Below, in pieces: positions 13,201-17,929 of a stretch of DNA of 17,929 nucleotides. The stretch lies in contig JAUCGE010000078.1 in assembly GCA_030377965.1 (NCBI GenBank), forward strand, positions 1 through 17,929, read 5' to 3'. Positions within the stretch are counted from its first letter, which is position 1. Every line of letters begins with the position of its first letter. Position numbers and translations under genes: made by a program. The DNA comes from Desulfobacterales bacterium HSG16. GTDB lineage: Bacteria; Desulfobacterota; Desulfobacteria; Desulfobacterales; HSG16. The notes under the pieces were generated by a model that ran no database searches, was not told where the DNA came from, and worked only from the letters and a program-made list of their open reading frames with translations.

Positions 13201-15931
13201 GTTGCGTTTTCACCCAAAGGCCAGGGCATTGGGCCGACTTTTCTGGTTTTTGTACGAGAATGATAAAAACCGAAAAAGTCTTGTTGCAAAACTCAAAAGC
13301 TTTGGCTTGATGCAGGAACTTTTCCCGGACAAAAAAAAGCAGGACAATTATATCTGCCAGTTACAGAGTTCGGTAAAGGATTTTATCCGTAAAAGCAAAT
13401 TATTTCCTGAAGAATTATTCGAAGTTACCGGTCAATACCTTTTTCACGAATTGAGCAGGCGTGAAATCGTGCCGGGCGAGCATTTTGTGATATCCAAAGA
13501 AGCCTGGGAGCTTGTTCGTGAGTTCAACCGCTATTTAAAGACTCACAGGTTCATGGATAAATTCAAGGGAGCAAGAAAAGAGCTTGAAAATGATTCCATA
13601 GCAGAATTTGAGCTGGTCTTGAACTGGATGCAGGCATATGTGGATACTCTGGACAATGAAGAACTCGCCGATTATTCCGATGAGGCAGCAGTCCTCGTGT
13701 TCGCCCGGAGTCAGGAAGCAGAAGCCGAGCAGAAAAGAAATGTGGTGGATGTTGCAGTCACAGCCGAAATCGAGAAAATGGCAGGCGACCATAGAGTTTT
13801 AAAGTCCGGTAATTACTATCTCAATTATAACCGGTTCATGGAAAAACTGGGCAAATATGAACGTGAAATAATCCCCATGTTCGAAAAAAGTGCAAGTCTC
13901 AAAAAAGAATTGACGGACAATATGCGCGAAGATATGCGTCTGGATGAATTCAAACCCAGAATACTTAGCTCTTTTGTCAGAAACAAACTGATAAACACGC
14001 TCTACCTGCCCCTTGTTGGTGATAACCTGGCAAAACAGATCGGAGTTGTAGGAGAAGCAAAGAGAACCGATCTTATGGGACTTCTGCTTTTGATATCTCC
14101 TCCCGGATACGGAAAAACCACTTTGATGGAATATCTGGCCAACCGTCTGGGTATTATCTTCATGAAGATAAATGGCCCTGCCATCGGCCATAGGGTGACA
14201 TCCCTTGATCCTGCCGAAGCACCCAATGCAAGTGCAAAAGAAGAGGTGCAAAAACTTAATCTGGCATTGGAAATGGGCGACAATGTCATGCTCTATCTTG
14301 ATGATATCCAGCACTGCAACCCGGAACTTTTGCAGAAATTTATATCCCTTTGCGATGCTCAGAGAAAAATAGAAGGCATATATAAGGGCAAGAGCCGCAC
14401 CTACGATCTGAGAGGTAAAAAAGTAGTTGTTGTCATGGCCGGAAACCCATTTACGGAAAGCGGCGAAAAATTCCAGATTCCCGATATGCTCTCCAACCGT
14501 GCGGACACTTACAATTTAGGCGATATAATAGGAGACAGCGCAGACGCTTTTAAAATGAGCTATCTTGAAAATGCCCTGACCTCCAACGCAGTGCTGAACA
14601 AGCTTTCCAGCAGAAGCCAGAAGGATATTTACAGCATCATCCGGATAGCGGAAACCGGCAACAGGGAAGGAATCGAGTTCACCGGCAATTATTCAGGTGA
14701 AGAAATCAACGAGATGGTCTCGGTCATGAAGAAGATGATCGTAATCCGGGACGTAATTTTGAAGGTAAACACCGAATATATTTATTCGGCGGCCCAGTCC
14801 GACGAATACCGTACAGAACCCGCCTTCAAACTTCAAGGTTCCTATAGAAACATGAATCGTATCACCGAAAAAATAGTTCCCATAATGAACGATGATGAAC
14901 TTGTCACCATGATTCTGGCCCATTACGAAAACGAGTCTCAGACATTGACTACCAGCGCTGAAGCAAACCTTCTGAAATTCAAGAAACTTACCGGCTGGAT
15001 AAGTAATGAAGAAGCCGAGCGCTGGAAAGAGATCAAGAAAAAATTCAACCAGAAACAACTGTTTCACGGTGCGGATGCAAGCGACCCGGCTTCCCGTGTA
15101 GTAGCTCAATTGATGGGTTTTCAAGACGGCCTGGAATCGATAAAAGAGGTGCTTGCTTCCGGCATGAAAAAAGCAGGCAAGGCTGATCCTGCAGAAAATA
15201 TCGTCACCCAGCTAGTGGGTTTTCAAGACGGCCTGGAATCAATAAAAGAGGTTCTGTCTCTTGGCATGGAACAAATGACATCAAAAGAAAAAAGAGCTGA
15301 TAAGACAGGAAAACAACCTCTGGATACTCATGTCAGCTTCAGCCCGGAAACCATGAAAAAGCTCGAAAAATTATTGAGCGGAATGAAGCCGGTTTCTGTA
15401 GTTGCAGCGCCTATGGGCCAAGCGGTCCCTTCTGTACCGTTACAGACCCAGAGGAGCGATATATCGGTAGCAAAAAACGCAGCACAGATGGCCCGTGGCG
15501 GATTTCCCGAATCAGCGCCAATGGTTCCGGACACTGCCCGCGAGATCCACAAAATGCCCAAAAATCTTTTTTATCGGTCAATAAAAACCGGCGATGCAGG
15601 TGCAATTACAAAATTGCTCGAACAAGGACAGGACCCCAATGTTTCCACCACAGAAGGAGCTACTCCACTGATGGCGGCTGCTTTTCACAACCATTTTAAA
15701 ATAATAGATATTCTGCTTCAAAAAGGTGCGAAAATAAATACACGGGACAAAGATGGTTATACAGCTTTGATGATAGCCTCCTGCAAGGGATATGAAAAGG
15801 CTGTCAAAATGCTTTTGAAGCATGGGGCAGATCCAAAATTACAAGACAAAGACGGCATGACCGCCTTGGACTGGGCGCAGAAAAGCGATCTTCAGGGAAT
15901 AAAAGAGTTGTGGAATGATGGGACAGAATAA
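10211..15931 (+). CDS. Giant (1906 aa) multidomain protein: uncharacterized N-terminal region, long coiled-coil scaffold, single AAA_5-like P-loop ATPase module, 34-aa tandem repeats, C-terminal ankyrin repeats
   Basis: 5.7-kb uninterrupted ORF with RBS AAGGAG. Walker A is LLISPPGYGKTTLMEY (nt about 14096-14122). Walker B is DNVMLYLDDIQH (nt 14288-14310). The sensor-1-like motif is KKVVVVMAGNPFTE. The ankyrin block is TPLMAAAFHNHFKIIDILLQKGAKINTRDKDGYTALMIASCKGYEKAVKMLLKHGADPKLQDKDGMTALDWA. No TM helices or signal peptide are apparent. Confidence 0.85.
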   Translation: MPPEDEQKLGTEGEVVLEGGTYEIIRNRLSSHGQDLQSRLGQLNESRKEIFGSIEATILTTERVSTKNNCVPRDLVPVGGNRFVFGFNVHLGLKSEMNLSDVFAIYEYKDRAFREQPLDMLKAGRFEEDFLNLYKYYKGTRFAKFSIIGPNLFMIFRVGKTPKDIKTFKWAVSDEGITYIDNRSDHEFKYPPQHDFTWTRTNRDLHRTGLHPHISIEEKVFVEAVGGDITFKVEDNTDSGQGIYAEVVENLDQTLDDADIRYAILGHIILVRIKPYMESDFRYFIFNEKDQTVHRVDGIENSCVFLPDDQGLIFSKGYYLQTGELKQFDSETEDMIFENRIAAANGEDYLYTFYNQETGEHVLLPYNIIDQKVENPISCHGFSNFDTGEMLIFRGDPDPAKHHAIQIWQTPYVSGEHAFTEENDSLLYKIGNPDIVRCMAECNELLKLIYKESLYGGIYIDMVKKATTIADTWFWLDKEEAFNLKNTIVEVRDAANSAIDEFEKVVRLKKSTADEVVRVSDRAVDILKRAAPDRMESIDHFVAGLAELRSVRGEIISLKELRYVDIAAVENLEGRIITSTEEMSAICVEFLLKPESLIPYENRVTGIEGKVVELAKVTEAKALEKEVADAGNELEMLIEIVSNLKIEDATHTTKIIENISEIYSSVNRIKAAIKNKVKSLQSTEGAAQFNAQLKLLNQSVINYLDICDTPQKCDEYMTKVMISVEELESRFSDFDEFILELSGKRDEVYNAFESKKLNLVEARNKKANTLMSAAERILKGIQNRAKGMDDVDAINGYFASDMMIEKIRDIIAQLIELDDSVKADDIQSRLKTVREDAVRQLKDRQELFVDGANVIKFGEHNFSVNVQALDLTIVMKDGQMMFHLTGTDFFETIDDKEFLSTRPVWNMDVPSENRDVYRGEFLAYKMLEQIEAGDETLDHLKASAIAGEDEENPNLWTEAVQKFMGPRYTEGYAKGVHDHDAAKILSVLAKMHFSIGLLRFHPKARALGRLFWFLYENDKNRKSLVAKLKSFGLMQELFPDKKKQDNYICQLQSSVKDFIRKSKLFPEELFEVTGQYLFHELSRREIVPGEHFVISKEAWELVREFNRYLKTHRFMDKFKGARKELENDSIAEFELVLNWMQAYVDTLDNEELADYSDEAAVLVFARSQEAEAEQKRNVVDVAVTAEIEKMAGDHRVLKSGNYYLNYNRFMEKLGKYEREIIPMFEKSASLKKELTDNMREDMRLDEFKPRILSSFVRNKLINTLYLPLVGDNLAKQIGVVGEAKRTDLMGLLLLISPPGYGKTTLMEYLANRLGIIFMKINGPAIGHRVTSLDPAEAPNASAKEEVQKLNLALEMGDNVMLYLDDIQHCNPELLQKFISLCDAQRKIEGIYKGKSRTYDLRGKKVVVVMAGNPFTESGEKFQIPDMLSNRADTYNLGDIIGDSADAFKMSYLENALTSNAVLNKLSSRSQKDIYSIIRIAETGNREGIEFTGNYSGEEINEMVSVMKKMIVIRDVILKVNTEYIYSAAQSDEYRTEPAFKLQGSYRNMNRITEKIVPIMNDDELVTMILAHYENESQTLTTSAEANLLKFKKLTGWISNEEAERWKEIKKKFNQKQLFHGADASDPASRVVAQLMGFQDGLESIKEVLASGMKKAGKADPAENIVTQLVGFQDGLESIKEVLSLGMEQMTSKEKRADKTGKQPLDTHVSFSPETMKKLEKLLSGMKPVSVVAAPMGQAVPSVPLQTQRSDISVAKNAAQMARGGFPESAPMVPDTAREIHKMPKNLFYRSIKTGDAGAITKLLEQGQDPNVSTTEGATPLMAAAFHNHFKIIDILLQKGAKINTRDKDGYTALMIASCKGYEKAVKMLLKHGADPKLQDKDGMTALDWAQKSDLQGIKELWNDGTE
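13990..14620 (+). other. AAA+ (dynein-related AAA_5 / MoxR-McrB-like) ATPase module within the giant protein
   Basis: P-loop GYGKTT (Gly at 14105-14107, Lys 14114-14116). The Walker B reads hhhhDD (Asp-Asp at 14300-14305), without the usual DE. Spacing and the IEG...VVVVMAGNP segment resemble AAA_5 layouts (for example MoxR DEINRA...ATQNP). Confidence 0.6.
15101..15268 (+). repeat. Two tandem 34-aa (102-nt) repeats QL(M/V)GFQDGLESIKEVL(A/S)xGM, with 35/36-nt identical cores at 15115-15150 and 15217-15252
   Basis: Direct comparison: gggttttcaagacggcctggaatcGataaaagaggt against gggttttcaagacggcctggaatcAataaaagaggt. The flanking codons are divergent. Confidence 0.85.
15578..15910 (+). other. 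C-terminal ankyrin-repeat block (3 full repeats plus a capping repeat) of the giant protein
   Basis: TPLH-like and hairpin consensus: GATPLMAAA...IIDILLQKGAKIN, DGYTALMIAS...AVKMLLKHGADPK, DGMTALDWAQ. Confidence 0.7.
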
Positions 15932-15962
15932 GACCTGTTTCAGATAAAACCTGAATCTATAT

Positions 15963-15988
15963 AGCCACCGCATGTATCTGCGGTGGCT
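15963..15988. terminator. 9-bp stem hairpin (agccaccgc atgtatct gcggtggct) between convergent genes, a candidate bidirectional terminator
   Basis: It lies 32 nt after the giant gene stop and 30 nt after the stop of the minus-strand gene 16018-16293. The minus orientation is followed by a moderately T-rich tract. Confidence 0.4.
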
Positions 15989-16017
15989 CTCAATTTATGA
16001 AAAAAACCTTTTATTCC

Positions 16018-16293
16018 CTAAAATTGCAGAAGAGCTACTGGCAGCAGAACTGATACAGCAATCCAGAAAATCGTTTTTACCATGCCTGCATAATCGGGAG
16101 AAATCGGCAGATTGTACAATTCCTTATGCACTCCGGCGTTTTCTCCTGTCGTATCTTCAGGTGAAACCATGTATAAAGCAAGCCCTTTGACATGTCCCCA
16201 CTTTTCCTTTGATTCTTCATTTTTTATAGACACATCTGCACTTGCATTTTTCGGCATAAAAACTGTTTCTGAATAATAACAATTGCTGTTCAT
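16018..16293 (-). CDS. Small (91 aa) hypothetical protein with C-terminal hydrophobic anchor (TIFWIAVSVLLPVALLQF)
   Basis: Strong RBS AGGAGGA (plus coordinates 16301-16307, reverse strand) 7 nt upstream of the ATG. There is a single C-terminal TM-like segment. I recognise no family. Confidence 0.55.
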   Translation of the reverse strand: MNSNCYYSETVFMPKNASADVSIKNEESKEKWGHVKGLALYMVSPEDTTGENAGVHKELYNLPISPDYAGMVKTIFWIAVSVLLPVALLQF

Positions 16294-16367
16294 GGTGTTC
16301 TCCTCCTGATAAATTATTAAACATAAAGTTTGCCATATCTATCGGCATCAATTCTTCGATCATCTTT

Positions 16368-16394
16368 TTGACATATGATAATCAATCTGATAAT
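16368..16394 (+). promoter_or_regulatory. Sigma70-like promoter candidate for the MocR-type regulator gene: TTGACA (16368-16373), 15-nt spacer, GATAAT (16389-16394)
   Basis: Consensus -35 hexamer and a 5/6 match at -10. ACAGAT direct repeats and an ATCTG...CAGAT inverted repeat follow immediately (16386-16438). Confidence 0.35.
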
Positions 16395-16435
16395 TAATAA
16401 CAGATACAGATTATGAAAAATTAAACCATAACAGA

Positions 16436-17911
16436 TTGGAGGCGCTATTGTTGAGAGCAGTTAAAGAAAAGCCTGATTTTCAGTATCTCAGGCTAGCAAA
16501 TGAAATAGAGGGTAAAATTATAGGGGGTGAATACAGAGCTGGTGACAAACTGCCTTCCTTGAGAAAACTGCACAAGCAGATCAGCCAGAGTATTTCCACC
16601 GTATATCAGGCATATATCGAACTTGAAAACAGGGGCATTGTGGAGTCACGTTTGAAATCTGGATTTTATGTAAAGCCACTCCTTCATGTCAAACTGTCGT
16701 CTCCAAAAAGTGTAACACCCTCTGCCATACCGAAAAAAGTCAGTATCTGTACTATTGCAAATTCGATCATTGAAGCCATGAGTGATCCTGGGATTCTTCA
16801 ACTTGGAGGTGCTGCGCCGAGTTCTGACCTCCTGCCTTCCAAGCAGTTATCGAGAATCATCAAGTCAGCGTCTCAGGAGGAAATGAAACATATCATGCTT
16901 GATTACGAAATCCCTGCCGGGAACATGGAGCTCAGACGTGAGATAGCGAAAAAAACTTTTGGACTTTTTGAGAAAATAACGACCAATGAAATCATTACGA
17001 CAAATGGGTGTATGGACGCTGTCAGCCTCTGCCTCAAGTCTGTGGCAAAACCGGGGGATACCATTGCTGTGGAATCTCCGACTTTTCATGGTTTTTTGCA
17101 GTTGATAGAAGGGTTTGACATGTATGCACTTGAGATACAGACCGATATCGTAAAAGGCATTGATACAAAAAAACTGATGAAAGCCATAGACCAGCATGAT
17201 GTCAAGGCATGTATTTTAAACACTACCTTCAACAATCCCACAGGATTTTCAATGTCTGACAGGAGAAAACGCGAACTTGTCACATCGTTGAACAAAAAGA
17301 ATATCCCCATAATTGAAGACGATATTTATGGGGATTTATATTTTGGGGAAAAACGCCCTTCCACCCTGAAATCTTTTGATAAAAAAGGACTTGTCTTATA
17401 TTGCTCATCATTTTCCAAAGCCCTTGCTCCCGGCTTGAGGGTCGGTTGGACGATACCAGGAAAATTCAAGGAAACAGTCATGCGAAACAAAATGATCGCA
17501 TCTCTGGCTTCCTCTCGTCTGAATCAGGTGATAATCGCCCGTTTTTTAAAAAGCGGCTCATATGACAGACATTTGAGAAAGATCAGGAACCAGTTGAAAA
17601 ACCAGGTGAGCAATACATCTCTTGCCATTGCACGCCATTTCCCGGAAAATACCAAAATTACCTCACCTGCCGGCGGGCTTTTACTATGGTGTCAACTTGA
17701 TCCGGCTATTGATGCTATGGAATTATACTATGAAGCTAAGAAACGTAACATCTCCATTCTGCCGGGTGCTATCTGTTCAGGGACAAAAAAGAACCATAAT
17801 TGTATCAGGATCAGTTGCGGATATCCCTGGAGCAAGGATCTGGAAAATGGAATCATTACACTGGGCCGTTTGATTTCGGATCTTGTCGATAAAAAAAATG
17901 GGGCGAATTGA
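16436..17911 (+). CDS. MocR/GabR-type transcriptional regulator (GntR-family HTH fused to PLP-dependent aminotransferase-fold domain)
   Basis: The N-terminal GntR HTH pattern is FQYLRLANEIEGKIIGGEYRAGDKLPSLRKL...STVYQAYIELENRGIVESRLKSGFYV. The C-terminal roughly 350 aa show aminotransferase class I/II fold features (IITTNGCMDAVSL, SFSKALAPGLRVGW, with the lysine of SFSK as the likely PLP site). The annotated TTG at 16436 overlaps a GGAGG (16438-16442). The real start is more likely TTG 16448 or 16451. Confidence 0.85.
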   Translation: MEALLLRAVKEKPDFQYLRLANEIEGKIIGGEYRAGDKLPSLRKLHKQISQSISTVYQAYIELENRGIVESRLKSGFYVKPLLHVKLSSPKSVTPSAIPKKVSICTIANSIIEAMSDPGILQLGGAAPSSDLLPSKQLSRIIKSASQEEMKHIMLDYEIPAGNMELRREIAKKTFGLFEKITTNEIITTNGCMDAVSLCLKSVAKPGDTIAVESPTFHGFLQLIEGFDMYALEIQTDIVKGIDTKKLMKAIDQHDVKACILNTTFNNPTGFSMSDRRKRELVTSLNKKNIPIIEDDIYGDLYFGEKRPSTLKSFDKKGLVLYCSSFSKALAPGLRVGWTIPGKFKETVMRNKMIASLASSRLNQVIIARFLKSGSYDRHLRKIRNQLKNQVSNTSLAIARHFPENTKITSPAGGLLLWCQLDPAIDAMELYYEAKKRNISILPGAICSGTKKNHNCIRISCGYPWSKDLENGIITLGRLISDLVDKKNGAN

Positions 17912-17929
17912 ATGTAAACGCTAAATGCC

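Noticed and set aside
10601-15124. Multiple 60-170 aa antisense ORFs within the giant gene (for example 13799-14314, 14693-15124)
   Set aside because: They are embedded in a continuous 1906-codon frame with consistent codon usage and they lack RBSs. They are typical shadow ORFs.
15972-16190. 72-aa plus-strand ORF antisense to the small membrane-protein gene
   Set aside because: Its ATG lies in the loop of the terminator hairpin and there is no RBS. The opposite-strand ORF has a strong RBS and a coherent TM tail.
1-17929. Mobile elements, CRISPR arrays, integrases and phage genes
   Set aside because: I found no transposase or integrase-like ORFs, no terminal inverted repeats and no regularly spaced direct repeats. 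The region does not look like an island by composition. GC is fairly uniform except in the structured leader.

Overview
This 17.9-kb window is bacterial chromosomal DNA of about 41% GC with ten protein-coding genes. No rRNA, tRNA, CRISPR array, transposase or integrase is evident. A clade guess (for example a deltaproteobacterium, suggested by the large cytoplasmic multi-PAS hybrid kinase) is weak.

Gene order:
- (+) 264-3857: soluble multi-PAS hybrid histidine kinase / response regulator. It ends in a truncated Hpt-like tail.
- (+) 4253-4942: YkgJ-family CxxCxxCC cysteine-cluster protein.
- (-) 4929-5786: amidohydrolase-2 type TIM-barrel metal hydrolase. It overlaps the previous gene convergently by 14 bp.
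- (+) 5924-6472: stand-alone pyruvate-kinase C-terminal-like alpha/beta domain protein.
- (+) 6498-6992: SpoU-type tRNA 2'-O-methyltransferase TrmL.
- (+) 7092-7712: NfeD/YqiJ-like membrane protein. It is translationally coupled to the next gene.
- (+) 7724-9901: unusually long (725 aa) flotillin/SPFH (YqiK-like) protein.
- (+) 10211-15931: 1906-aa multidomain giant protein, preceded by a roughly 300-bp hairpin-rich leader.
- (-) 16018-16293: small C-terminally anchored membrane protein. It shares a bidirectional terminator hairpin with the giant gene.
- (+) 16436-17911: MocR-type GntR-HTH/aminotransferase-fold regulator.

The standout is the co-directional trio of NfeD/YqiJ-like protein, flotillin and the giant protein. 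I cannot assign the giant protein to any named family. Its layout is:
- an N-terminal globular region of unknown fold;
- a long helical/coiled-coil scaffold of about 850 aa;
- a single dynein-related (AAA_5/MoxR-like) P-loop ATPase module, with GYGKTT, a Walker B that reads hhhhDD, and a VVMAGNP sensor-1;
- two 34-aa tandem repeats with near-identical nucleotide cores;
- a C-terminal block of 3-4 ankyrin repeats.

The trio looks like a candidate membrane-microdomain scaffold plus giant ATPase-ankyrin effector system. That is a hypothesis from domain content and gene context only.

All family assignments come from motif recognition by eye. No database search was run.
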